64,000 bases of DNA from Pseudomonadota bacterium. GTDB taxonomy: Bacteria > Bdellovibrionota_G > JALEGL01 > DATDPG01. The notes beneath the pieces were generated by a model. It made no database searches. It had not been told where the DNA came from and saw only the letters and a program-made list of their open reading frames with translations. A program made the position numbers and the translations under genes. Below, one piece after another: positions 55,439 to 64,000 of the stretch. Position 1 is the first letter of the stretch, and each line of letters opens with the position of its first letter. Where the stretch lies: NCBI GenBank assembly GCA_043809315.1, contig JAZDDX010000011.1:50498-114497 (forward strand). The letters are read 5' to 3'.

Positions 55439-56904
55439 AGGTCCGGTTTTTCGACGTCTGTGTTCTCGGCCGGGGGATCGGCGGCCTGGTCGCGGCGTCG
55501 ATGCTCCAGAAGCGCGGCGCGAAGGTGCTGATGGTCCAGGATCGTCACTTCACCGACTTCGATCCGACGCTCTGCGAGTTCCTGAACGGCTTCACGATCA
55601 AACCGGTCCTGAAGAGGCTTGGATTCCATCCGACGGAGGTCAACTCGATCCCGGCGCTGGAGGCGCCGCTCCAGATCATCATCGGGGACCACCGGATCAA
55701 CTGTTTCGGGGACGAGAAAAGGTTCGAGCGCGAGCTGCGCCGGGAGTTGCCGGAGCATTCGAAGCAAATCCTTCAGCTTTTCCGGGACAGCTCCGGACAC
55801 TTGGAGCTGTATCAGCATCTGTTCAACAGCCGAACGCCCCTTCCGCCGCAGGGGTACTTCGCCCGGCGACGGTTCAAGAAGGTCATGGAGCAGGTCTGCG
55901 ACCGACAGCTTCTCGATTTTCGGCCGTTCACGCAGGAGCTGAAAACGTTCGGGGTCGGGGACGACTTCACGAGGGTCTTGAGGTCTCTCGAGCTGGCCTT
56001 GAGCGGCCTGATCTCCCCCTGGATCACGGGGGTCCGTCTCGCCCATCTCCTGACGTTGATCCGTTGGGAGGGGTACTTCGCCCCGCGCGGGGTTCTCATG
56101 CTGCAGGAGATGCTGATCTCCAAGTTGAAGGAGCACGGCGGGCTGGTCGCCGATTGCGACGGGATTCAAGAGACGATGATTTCGGGGAAGTTCCTCCGCG
56201 GGATGAAACTGGCCGGCTCGGAGTGGGACGAGGTTCATTGTGACGCGACTCTGCTGGCCGGGGACGGGCGCGGGCTGTCGACGATGTCTCCCGAAAACCG
56301 CCTGATGCGACAGCTACGAAAGCAAATCGACTCCTTGGCGGTTTTTGCGCTCAAGGCATACCAGGTCTACCGCCTTGCGCCGGGGGGGATCCCGGTCGGG
56401 ATGCATCCGCAGGGGATCCTAGTCCCGGCGGAGCGAGAGGAGGGGGGGACCGAGAGGCGTCAGCTGATCCGGGCGGTCCGATATGTCGTTCACCGGGTCC
56501 CGGGACCGGGCGGAAAAGAGAAGGAGAGCCTCTTGGGGTTGAGCGCGTTCGTCCGGGCCGATTGTGAGCCGCCGACCGCGGAACGCCTCTCGTCCGAAAT
56601 CCGGACGGCGATCCGACGGATCATCCCGTTCGTCGACGAATTCCTCCTGGAAGAGCCGAAAAAACCGTATCTCTCCTCGCTCGAAGGGCGTCCGGGGGAC
56701 TTCCGGCAGGGGTTTGTCTATTCGTCCGACGATCGTCCGCTTCTCGGGATCGCGGGAGTCCCGTCCCAAACCCCCTTGAAGAACACCTTCTTGGCAGGGG
56801 ATATGGTCTTCCCGGGGCTCGGCCTGGACGGGGAGGTGATCGCGGGAATGCAGGCTTCCCATCTCGCGGGGGACGTGCTCGCGGTCGACAAAAACCAGCT
56901 CTAA
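55435..56904 (+). CDS. FAD-dependent oxidoreductase, phytoene desaturase-like fold
   Basis: N-terminal VLGRGIGGL dinucleotide motif; C-terminal TPLKNTFLAGDMVFPGLG. Confidence 0.65.
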   Translation: MKVRFFDVCVLGRGIGGLVAASMLQKRGAKVLMVQDRHFTDFDPTLCEFLNGFTIKPVLKRLGFHPTEVNSIPALEAPLQIIIGDHRINCFGDEKRFERELRRELPEHSKQILQLFRDSSGHLELYQHLFNSRTPLPPQGYFARRRFKKVMEQVCDRQLLDFRPFTQELKTFGVGDDFTRVLRSLELALSGLISPWITGVRLAHLLTLIRWEGYFAPRGVLMLQEMLISKLKEHGGLVADCDGIQETMISGKFLRGMKLAGSEWDEVHCDATLLAGDGRGLSTMSPENRLMRQLRKQIDSLAVFALKAYQVYRLAPGGIPVGMHPQGILVPAEREEGGTERRQLIRAVRYVVHRVPGPGGKEKESLLGLSAFVRADCEPPTAERLSSEIRTAIRRIIPFVDEFLLEEPKKPYLSSLEGRPGDFRQGFVYSSDDRPLLGIAGVPSQTPLKNTFLAGDMVFPGLGLDGEVIAGMQASHLAGDVLAVDKNQL

Positions 56905-56967
56905 AAAATGTCTTGATTTCTGGGTGGTTAAGTGTTTGTAATACCGCCCTTTTTAAGGAGATTTGCC

Positions 56968-57159
56968 ATGGCCAGCGTTTGTTATGCATGTGGAGTAAAA
57001 CCGGTCGTCGGGAACAACGTTTCCCACGCCAATAATCGCACGCGTCGGCGTTGGCTTCCGAACCTGAAGAAAGTCCGGGTCAAGGTCGGCGGGTCGGCCC
57101 AGACCGTGCGACTCTGCACGCGCTGCATCCGGACCGGCAAGTACGCCAAAGTCGCCTAA
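56968..57159 (+). CDS. rpmB: 50S ribosomal protein L28
   Basis: CYACG...[19 protein letters not shown]...CTRC; TAAGGAG RBS. Confidence 0.97.
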   Translation: MASVCYACGVKPVVGNNVSHANNRTRRRWLPNLKKVRVKVGGSAQTVRLCTRCIRTGKYAKVA

Positions 57160-57187
57160 CGGCACGATTCCTGAATGAGCCCGATCC

Positions 57188-57901
57188 GTGGCTCATTCGA
57201 CGTGTGTCCTCAAAGAATCTAAGAACGATAATCGAACCCGGGGGATCCTTTCGTGGCCGATTTCCGAACGGCCCCGGGAACGTCTCCTGACGGAGGGAGC
57301 GAACGCCCTCTCGGCCGCCGAACTCCTGGCGATCCTGATCGGGCACGGGACGAGGGGGGTGTCGGCGCTCGATCTCGCGCGGGAAATTCTGAGCGATTCC
57401 GGAACGAGGTTTTCCGGCCCGGAGCTAGTCCGGCGGAAAGGTCTCGGGGGGGCCAAAGCGGCCCGGATTCTGGCCGGGATCGAGCTCGGGAAACGGCTGA
57501 TTCTGGCCAACCCCAAAGAGACGCGCAGGCTCTCGAACGCGGCCGCCGTTGCCGATTTCATCCGACCGAGGTTCCTGGGTCTCTCCGTCGAGACGTTCTG
57601 GGTGATTTCGGTCGACGTAAAGAACCGGCCGATCGGGGTGCACGAGATTGCGCGCGGCTCGGGGGAGGGGGTGACGTTCGAGGCGCGGGAGGCGTTCTCA
57701 GAGCCGCTTCGGGCCGGGGCGAACGGAATCGTCGTGGTGCACAATCATCCCAGCGGCGATGCGACCCCGAGCCGGGAAGATGAGAAGCTGACGGTTCGAT
57801 TGAAGGAAGGGGCGGGCCTCCTGGGATTACGTTTTCTGGATCACGTGATCGTGACGGATCGTGTCCACTTCAGTTTCACCGATAGTATTCCATTAGTATG
57901 A
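57188..57901 (+). CDS. radC: RadC/JAB domain protein (UPF0758)
   Basis: RPRERLL..G...LS.AELLAIL, HNHPSGD..PS.ED, LDHVI. Confidence 0.93.
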   Translation: MAHSTCVLKESKNDNRTRGILSWPISERPRERLLTEGANALSAAELLAILIGHGTRGVSALDLAREILSDSGTRFSGPELVRRKGLGGAKAARILAGIELGKRLILANPKETRRLSNAAAVADFIRPRFLGLSVETFWVISVDVKNRPIGVHEIARGSGEGVTFEAREAFSEPLRAGANGIVVVHNHPSGDATPSREDEKLTVRLKEGAGLLGLRFLDHVIVTDRVHFSFTDSIPLV

Positions 57902-57933
57902 CTAATGGTATGAATATGGTATACATTGAGTAT
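57885..57933. promoter_or_regulatory. Putative TA operon operator/promoter
   Basis: Five GTAT units at 57885, 57896, 57908, 57919, 57930 and inverted repeat CCATTAGT-atg-ACTAATGG (57890-57908) in an AT-rich patch. Confidence 0.55.
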
Positions 57934-58204
57934 GCCAGTGAGGAAACGCAAAATGAGTGAAAAGTTAGCGATCAGTCTTCCGTATCCCCTGCTGGCCCGG
58001 GTCGAAACGTTCCGGAAACGATCGGGTGAATCCCGGAGCGGCGTAATTCAACGCGCGATCCGAGTCTTTTTGGAGGGGCACGCGCGGAAGACGAAGATCG
58101 GGCGGTATCTGGAGGGGTATCGGAAGATGCCGGAAACCGCGGGGGAGATCCGGGCTGCGGAGGCAGCGGCCCGATATCTCCTGGCTCTGGAGCCGTGGAA
58201 ATGA
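57932..58204 (+). CDS. Ribbon-helix-helix (CopG-like) antitoxin
   Basis: KLAISLP..LL..VE...GESRSGVIQRAI; stop overlaps the toxin start; start could be 57953. Confidence 0.8.
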   Translation: MPVRKRKMSEKLAISLPYPLLARVETFRKRSGESRSGVIQRAIRVFLEGHARKTKIGRYLEGYRKMPETAGEIRAAEAAARYLLALEPWK

Positions 58205-58515
58205 AACGCGGGGAGATCTGGTGGGCTGTTCTGCCCAAGCCGGCGGGGCGCAGGCCGGTCGTTCTGCTGTCGCGGGACGAGGCGTATCAGGTGCGGGACC
58301 TGGTCACAGTCGCGCCGATCACGACGCGGATCCGGAATCTGCCGGTGGAAGTGCCTCTCGGACGGAGTGAGGGACTTCACAGGTCGTGTGTTGTGAATTT
58401 GGATACGGTCACGAAGATTCCGAAAAAGTCACTGTCCGTCCGAGTATGCGCATTGCCTTATTCCAAGATGCGCGCCCTCGATGACGCACTTCGTTTCTCC
58501 CTGAGACTTGGTTAA
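58201..58515 (+). CDS. PemK/MazF family endoribonuclease toxin
   Basis: MKRGEIWW, RRPVVLLSRD, VTVAPITT. Confidence 0.92.
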   Translation: MKRGEIWWAVLPKPAGRRPVVLLSRDEAYQVRDLVTVAPITTRIRNLPVEVPLGRSEGLHRSCVVNLDTVTKIPKKSLSVRVCALPYSKMRALDDALRFSLRLG

Positions 58516-58568
58516 TAGGAACATTCAGATAATTGAACATGAGTTTTTGTCCATGCTACGGTGACGGC

Positions 58569-58772
58569 ATGGGTGCATTGACACTTGCATTGGTTCTCTT
58601 GGCGGCGGCAGATCCTCAGTCGCTCGACGTGGGAAAGACATGTTGGGTGGACGTGGAGGGGGAATCCTACATGGGGAAAGTTGTGAAAAAAGACGATGGT
58701 CAAGTCGTCTGTCAAGTGACGGTAAAGAAGATTCGGGTCGACACACCTCAGGGATCCTTCAAAGTGGAATAA
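58569..58772 (+). CDS. Small putative secreted protein
   Basis: MGALTLALVLLAAA signal-like segment, beta-rich body with two Cys; promoter-like TTGAAC...TGCTACGGT just upstream. Confidence 0.45.
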   Translation: MGALTLALVLLAAADPQSLDVGKTCWVDVEGESYMGKVVKKDDGQVVCQVTVKKIRVDTPQGSFKVE

Positions 58773-59647
58773 TCACGCTCGGGAACACACTTCTGAATTT
58801 GCATCACGCCCAAACTCATCGCAAGGCCGACGGCGGCGTAACGCAGGAAGCGAAATGCGGTGATGAAAAAATCGTCCGTTGCGAACGAGAACGCCTTCTT
58901 CAGGATGATGAAGACAAGGAAGACGCCGATTGTTCCGATGAAAGATGCCAGGACCCGTTGTCCGCGGGATGACCGGTCGGAAGCGTACTGGAAGCGGTTG
59001 AGAAGAGCCGCGCCGGAAAGGTGTCCCAACAACAACCCGCATAGTGTCGTCACAAGTGCGGAGGGATGGAAGCAGAGGAGAAGGAGAGACGACGCAAGGG
59101 CGAGCAGCAGCTGTTTCAGGGTCCCGATTGTCGATGTTCGAGCAGCGGCGATGGGCCAGAGGACGGTTGCCGTCGTGAGGAGTCCCAGGCCGATCGCCCA
59201 TCCGCCCAAGATATCCGCCGGGAAATGGGCGCCGAGGTAGACCCGGGAGAAACCGACACCGAAGAGGATGGAGAATGCGAAGAAGGTAAAACGCCGGTTG
59301 GCGAAATCTTTTACGAGGAGTCCCCAAAAGACGACCGTTCCGATCGCGTGGAGGCTGGGAAACCCGTACGGCTGGTCGGACGTCGTCCGTTGAACAAGCG
59401 GGTCTAGATCAAACGGCCGCGGAAGGGCCAACAGGTCTTTGAGGACCGCACCGAGATACAGGGCCAGCAGGAGCGAAACGGTCATCTTGACGCCGGTCTT
59501 CCAGCCGCGGAAGACCCAAACGAACGGAAAGACCAGCATGTAGAACGATTCGTTCCCGAGAAACGAAAGAGAGCGACAGACGATATCTAGCGAGGGACTC
59601 GCAAGCTGTTGCAGGTCTCGGACGACGTTCAAGCCCCAGGAGAGCAT
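58748..59647 (-). CDS. PAP2 family membrane phosphatase
   Basis: K......RP, FPSLH, SRVYLGAHFPADI motifs and multiple TM helices; start trimmed to MLSWGL. Confidence 0.92.
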   Translation of the reverse strand: MLSWGLNVVRDLQQLASPSLDIVCRSLSFLGNESFYMLVFPFVWVFRGWKTGVKMTVSLLLALYLGAVLKDLLALPRPFDLDPLVQRTTSDQPYGFPSLHAIGTVVFWGLLVKDFANRRFTFFAFSILFGVGFSRVYLGAHFPADILGGWAIGLGLLTTATVLWPIAAARTSTIGTLKQLLLALASSLLLLCFHPSALVTTLCGLLLGHLSGAALLNRFQYASDRSSRGQRVLASFIGTIGVFLVFIILKKAFSFATDDFFITAFRFLRYAAVGLAMSLGVMQIQKCVPERDYSTLKDP

Positions 59648-59649
59648 CG

Positions 59650-61797
59650 TTATGCCTTCAACCGTTCGACGGCGATGACCCCCTTGATCTTCTCGATCGA
59701 ACGGAGGAGCGAGTAGAGCTGCTGCGTGTCGTTGACGTCGATCTCGAACATGTTGATCGCTTTCCGGTCGTCGGTCGTCTTGATCGACGCGTGCGAGATG
59801 TTCCCACCGATCTGGCTGATCGTCTTCGAGATGTTCGCCAGGATCCCCGGGGTGTCGGACGACACGACCCGAATCCGAACCGAACGGGCGACTTTTCGTT
59901 CGGAAGCCCACTCGACGTCGATCTTCCGCTCGGGGTCGATCTCGAGGATCCGGTAGCAGTTCGTTTTGTGAACGGTGACCCCTTTGCCCCGGGTCACGAA
60001 CCCCAAAATCGGGTCGCCCGGCAGGGGATCGCAGCACTTGCCGTACCGGACGAGAACGTTGTTCATCCCTCCGACTTTGATCCCGGAGTCTCTTGGGGCC
60101 TTCTTCTGCGATGCCTTGGTGGGGAGCGTCACCGGAGCAGGCTCCATTTTCTTCAGCTTTTCCGGAGAAACGATCCGACGCACGATCTCGACCGCCTCGA
60201 CCTTCCCGTACCCGATCATCAGCAACAGATCGTCGAGATGCTGGTATCCGAGTTCCGAAAGAGCCGACTTGAATTTTCCGCCGCTGGACAACGATTCGAA
60301 GCTCTCCCCGTGCTTCCGAAGCTCCCTTGTGAGAACCTCTTTCCCGACCGTCCGCCCGGCGTCCCGCTGCTCCTTCTTGATGACGGTCCGGATCTTCGAT
60401 TTGGCACGCGAGGTGGCTGCGATCTTGAGCCAGTCTTTCGAAGGACGGGTATTTGGGTCGGTGATGATTTCGATCGCGTCACCATTCTGGAGTTTGTATT
60501 TTAGGGGAACGATCTTGCCGTTGACCTTGGCCCCCTTGCAGTGGTGCCCGACCTCCGTGTGGACGCGATAAGCGAAGTCGATCGGCGTCGAGCCTCGCGG
60601 GAACTCGAACACCTCGCCGGCCGGCGTGAAGACGTAGACCTCGTCGGCGAAGAGATCGATCTTCATCGTCTCGATGAACTCGTGCGAGTCGGTCAGTTCC
60701 TTCTGGAACTCGAGCATCTGGCGAAGCCAGCCGAATCGTTCGAGATCCTGCTCCTTCGCCCCCTCGGTCGTCTTGTAGACCCAGTGAGCCGCGACCCCTT
60801 CCTCGGCGATCTGGTGCATCTCACGGGTCCGGATCTGGATCTCGATCCTTTCCCCGCTCGGCCCGATCACGGTCGTGTGGAGCGATTGGTACATGTTGGT
60901 TTTCGGCAGGGCGATGAAGTCCTTGAACCGACCCGGGACCGGCTTCCACATGCTGTGGATGTGCCCCAGAACCTCGTAGCATTGAGAGATGTTGTCGACC
61001 ATGACACGGAAGGCGAGCACGTCGTGCACCTGCCCGAACTCGAGATTCCGGGACTCCATTTTCTTGAAGATCGAGTAGAGATGCTTGAACCGGCCGGTGA
61101 TTTCGCACGGGACCTTCTCCGCCTTCATCCGTCCGCTGATCACCCCGATGACCCGCGCGATGAACTGATCCCGCTCGGCCTGGCTGCTCCGGATCTGATC
61201 GACGACCCGGTGATAACTTTCCGGGCGGAGAAATTTGAAAGAGAGATCCTCCAGCTCTCCCTTGAGCCAGGACATCCCAAGGCGGTTGGCGAGCGGGGCG
61301 TAGATGTCGAGGGTCTCCTGGGCGATCGCGACTTGTCTCATCTCCGGCATGTGCTGGAGCGTCCGCATGTTGTGCAGGCGGTCCGCCAGCTTTACGATAA
61401 TCACACGGATATCCGCTGCCATGGCGAGAAGCATCTTCCGGAAGCTCTCGCTCTGACGAACATCCTTGGAACGGAACGAGATCGACGACAGTTTAGTTAC
61501 GCCATCAACGAGCTGGGCGATCCCTTCACCGAACTGTTCCCGGATGACGGAAAGAGAGATCAGGGTGTCCTCGACGACATCGTGAAGGAGGCCGGTAGCG
61601 ATCGTTTCCTCGTCCAGATGATGCGATGCCAGGATGAAGGCCACCTCGGTCGGATGGTCGAAGTACGGAACGCCCGACCGTCGCTTCTGTCCCTCGTGGG
61701 CCTCACGAGAGAGACGGTATGCTTTGTCGATCAGTTCGACGTCGGCGTCCGATTTCGTCTTTTTTGCAGCCTCAACGAGGGCTTCGATCGTAACCAT
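59650..61797 (-). CDS. relA: Bifunctional (p)ppGpp synthetase/hydrolase (long RSH)
   Basis: HD hydrolase LLHDVVED, KLADRLHNMRT, YQSLHT, EIQIRT, TGS and ACT domains; start trimmed to MVTIEAL. Confidence 0.95.
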   Translation of the reverse strand: MVTIEALVEAAKKTKSDADVELIDKAYRLSREAHEGQKRRSGVPYFDHPTEVAFILASHHLDEETIATGLLHDVVEDTLISLSVIREQFGEGIAQLVDGVTKLSSISFRSKDVRQSESFRKMLLAMAADIRVIIVKLADRLHNMRTLQHMPEMRQVAIAQETLDIYAPLANRLGMSWLKGELEDLSFKFLRPESYHRVVDQIRSSQAERDQFIARVIGVISGRMKAEKVPCEITGRFKHLYSIFKKMESRNLEFGQVHDVLAFRVMVDNISQCYEVLGHIHSMWKPVPGRFKDFIALPKTNMYQSLHTTVIGPSGERIEIQIRTREMHQIAEEGVAAHWVYKTTEGAKEQDLERFGWLRQMLEFQKELTDSHEFIETMKIDLFADEVYVFTPAGEVFEFPRGSTPIDFAYRVHTEVGHHCKGAKVNGKIVPLKYKLQNGDAIEIITDPNTRPSKDWLKIAATSRAKSKIRTVIKKEQRDAGRTVGKEVLTRELRKHGESFESLSSGGKFKSALSELGYQHLDDLLLMIGYGKVEAVEIVRRIVSPEKLKKMEPAPVTLPTKASQKKAPRDSGIKVGGMNNVLVRYGKCCDPLPGDPILGFVTRGKGVTVHKTNCYRILEIDPERKIDVEWASERKVARSVRIRVVSSDTPGILANISKTISQIGGNISHASIKTTDDRKAINMFEIDVNDTQQLYSLLRSIEKIKGVIAVERLKA

Positions 61798-61825
61798 GGA
61801 GAGGGAAATGTAGTATATCGTTCCG

Positions 61826-62281
61826 ATGTCGCTTTTGCCACAGAAGGGGTGGAAATACTGGATCCCTTCCCTGATCTGGATGGGGGTGATCTTTCTCCTC
61901 TCCAGCGACCTTTTTGCCGCCTCGATGACCGGATCGATCGTTGGAAAAATTGTCGAGTTCTTCTTCCCGTCGCTTGCGGCTCCGGTCATCGAAGAGATCC
62001 ATCACGCGGCCCGGAAACTGGCGCACGTCACCGTCTTCGCCCTTCTTTCGTGGTTCTATCTGATGGGACTGGTGATGGAATTCGCGGTTATCCCCCGTTT
62101 CAGTTTCAAGCAAGCACTGTCGGCGATTTTCTTGGCGTTTCTGTACGCTCTGACGGACGAAGGGCATCAGGCGCTATCCCCGACAAGGACGGCAGCGATC
62201 GCGGATGTCGGTTGGGACGCCGTCGGCGCGACCTTGATGCAGATCTGGCTGGCCGCTCGCTCTCGTTCTAGAGGCGGATGA
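61826..62281 (+). CDS. VanZ family membrane protein
   Basis: W..VIFLLSS, RKLAH, YALTDEGHQ...PTR....DV..D. Confidence 0.88.
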   Translation: MSLLPQKGWKYWIPSLIWMGVIFLLSSDLFAASMTGSIVGKIVEFFFPSLAAPVIEEIHHAARKLAHVTVFALLSWFYLMGLVMEFAVIPRFSFKQALSAIFLAFLYALTDEGHQALSPTRTAAIADVGWDAVGATLMQIWLAARSRSRGG

Positions 62282-63563
62282 TCTTCGGACTCCGGATCCC
62301 TTTCAGGAGGTTCCGGGTATCGACGATCGCCCTCGCCCCCTCGACGATCTGTTGCGGATGGTAGGCCGAGTGATGCGTCGTGATCACCACGAGATCGTAC
62401 TGTCCCAGGGTCTGCGACGTTGCGGGAACCGACTGTACCGTCTTCCCTTCGAGTTTGAGCGTCTCCACATGTGGGTCGTTGAAACTGACCTCCGCCCCCT
62501 TCTCCTCGAGGAGGTGGAAGATGTCGAGGGCAGGGGACTCCCGCAAATCCGAAATGTCCGGTTTGTACGCCATCCCGAGCAGCAGGATCTTGGCCCCATT
62601 GACGCTCTTCTTTGCCTTATTCAGCGCGTCGGACACCAGATTCACCACGTGATGGGGCATGCTGGCGTTGATCTCAGCGGCCAGTTCGATGAATCGCGCG
62701 TTGTAGTTCATTTCCCGCAATTTCCAGGAAAGGTAGAGCGGATCGATCGGAATGCAGTGTCCGCCCAACCCCGGGCCGGGGTAGAACGCCGTGTATCCGA
62801 ACGGCTTCGTGGCCGCCGCGTCAATCACCTCCCACGTGTCGAGACCGAGAACGCGGCACATGATCGCCACCTCGTTCACGAGGCCGATGTTGACCGCTCG
62901 GAAGGTGTTTTCGAGGATCTTGACCAGTTCGGCCGCGCGGGCGGAACTGACGGGAACCAGTTTCTCGACGATCTTCGAGTAGAGTAGGACCGACATTTCC
63001 GTGCAGGCCGCAGTGATCCCGCCGACGACTTTCGGCGTGTTTCGCAGAAAATACTTCTTGTTCCCTGGATCGATCCGTTCGGGGCTGAAGGAAAGGAAAA
63101 AGTTCTTCCCCAATTCAAACCCTTTCTCCTCAACCAGGGGGACGAAGATCTCGTCGGTCGTTCCGGGGTAGGTGGTCGATTCGAGGATGACCAACATGTC
63201 GGAGTGAATCGTTTTCGCCAACTCATTGCGCACGGCGAGGATGTACGAAACATCGGGGTCGCGCGTCTTCGAAAGAGGGGTTGGGACACAGATCGAGACG
63301 CAATCCATCTGGGCCAGCTTCGAAAAATCGGTCGTCGCGGAGAACTTCCCCTTGACGGCGAGCAGGTCGGAACTGGGGATGTCCTCGACATACGAGTCCT
63401 GGCGGTTGAGCCTTGCCACGCGGTCCTCGAGAACATCGAACCCGGTGACCGTGTATCCGGCTTTGGCGAAATCGACCGCCAGGGGAAGGCCGACGTAACC
63501 CAAACCCACGATCCCGATCCGGGCGGTCTTGGATTCAATCTTTGATTTTAGTACGTTCGACAT
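62268..63563 (-). CDS. UDP-N-acetylhexosamine 6-dehydrogenase (WbpA/WecC family)
   Basis: GLGYVGLP, CVPTP, ESTTYPG, SPERIDPG, GGHCIP.DP, YKPDISDLRESP. Confidence 0.93.
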   Translation of the reverse strand: MSNVLKSKIESKTARIGIVGLGYVGLPLAVDFAKAGYTVTGFDVLEDRVARLNRQDSYVEDIPSSDLLAVKGKFSATTDFSKLAQMDCVSICVPTPLSKTRDPDVSYILAVRNELAKTIHSDMLVILESTTYPGTTDEIFVPLVEEKGFELGKNFFLSFSPERIDPGNKKYFLRNTPKVVGGITAACTEMSVLLYSKIVEKLVPVSSARAAELVKILENTFRAVNIGLVNEVAIMCRVLGLDTWEVIDAAATKPFGYTAFYPGPGLGGHCIPIDPLYLSWKLREMNYNARFIELAAEINASMPHHVVNLVSDALNKAKKSVNGAKILLLGMAYKPDISDLRESPALDIFHLLEEKGAEVSFNDPHVETLKLEGKTVQSVPATSQTLGQYDLVVITTHHSAYHPQQIVEGARAIVDTRNLLKGIRSPKIIRL

Positions 63564-63570
63564 CTACGAT
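63542..63570 (+). promoter_or_regulatory. Putative sigma70 promoter for lysA, overlapping the divergent gene start
   Basis: TTGATT (63542-63547), 17 bp, TACGAT (63565-63570). Confidence 0.5.
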
Positions 63571-63580
63571 CCTCACTCCC

Positions 63581-64000
63581 GTGGACTACTTCCACTTTCA
63601 GAATTCCAGCCTTCTCTGCGAGAGCGTCCCGCTCCGCGAACTGGCCGTCCAATTCGGAACGCCGCTATATGTATATAGTTACGCGACGTTGGCAAGACAT
63701 TACCTGGCGTTCGACCGGGCCCTCTCTGATCTGGATCATCTCATCTGCTATGCCGTGAAAGCCTCTCCGAACCTGGCTTTGATTCGTGCACTGGGAAATC
63801 TCGGGGGGGGGGCCGATGTTGTTTCCGGAGGGGAACTGTTCCGTGCGTTCGAGGCCGGAATTCCGCCAGGGAAGATCGTTTATTCGGGGGTCGGGAAGAC
63901 GATCGAAGAGATCGAGTACGCCTTGCGACGCGGAATTCTCATGCTCTCCGTCGAGTCGGCCGCTGAAATGCGGAGGATCTCGGAAATCGCCGGACGTTTG
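63581..64000 (+). CDS. lysA: Diaminopimelate decarboxylase (3' end runs off the window)
   Basis: Hand translation MDYFHFQ...FGTPLYVYS...CYAVKAS.NL...ADVVSGGEL...IVYSGVGKT...VES. Confidence 0.92.
   Translation, partial: MDYFHFQNSSLLCESVPLRELAVQFGTPLYVYSYATLARHYLAFDRALSDLDHLICYAVKASPNLALIRALGNLGGGADVVSGGELFRAFEAGIPPGKIVYSGVGKTIEEIEYALRRGILMLSVESAAEMRRISEIAGRL

Noticed and set aside
57188-58772. radC plus TA as a mobile element
   Set aside because: RadC is the long chromosomal form next to rpmB; no integrase, transposase or att repeats seen
58201-61797. relA-mazEF linkage as in E. coli
   Set aside because: Here they are on opposite strands and separated by two genes, so co-transcription is unsupported
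60541-62271. 576 aa + strand ORF
   Set aside because: Antisense to relA and out of frame with vanZ
63803-63812. G10 run in lysA as a phase-variable tract
   Set aside because: In frame (Gly-Gly-Gly-Ala) in a housekeeping gene; G runs are common in this window

Overview
GC-rich, very compact bacterial chromosome segment. Gene order, RpoB/RpoC insertions and gene content suggest a deltaproteobacteria-like lineage (Bdellovibrionota/Myxococcota/Desulfobacterota grade); this placement is inference. About 33 kb is the core translation/transcription supercluster: 4 tRNAs, tuf, rpmG-secE-nusG, rplKAJL, rpoBC, str, S10, spc and alpha operons. It is flanked by an HD-GYP/HEAT-repeat pair, mixed housekeeping genes (pyrF, rlmB-like, fabD, miaB, pyrE, purN, rpmB, radC, relA/spoT, lysA), a partial complex I cluster (nuoACEFHJKLMN) and a MazEF-type TA pair. 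Best candidates for new biology: (1) a coupled lipoprotein plus Ser/Thr kinase whose extracytoplasmic domain is a metzincin-like peptidase; (2) a HEAT-repeat protein and an HD-GYP phosphodiesterase that appear to share a paralogous N-terminal domain; (3) an EF-Tu with a rewritten switch I; (4) an S10 operon without rplC; (5) an archaeal-type GAPDH-like protein. No rRNA, CRISPR array, integrase or transposase was seen. All calls come from reading motifs by eye; no database search was run.
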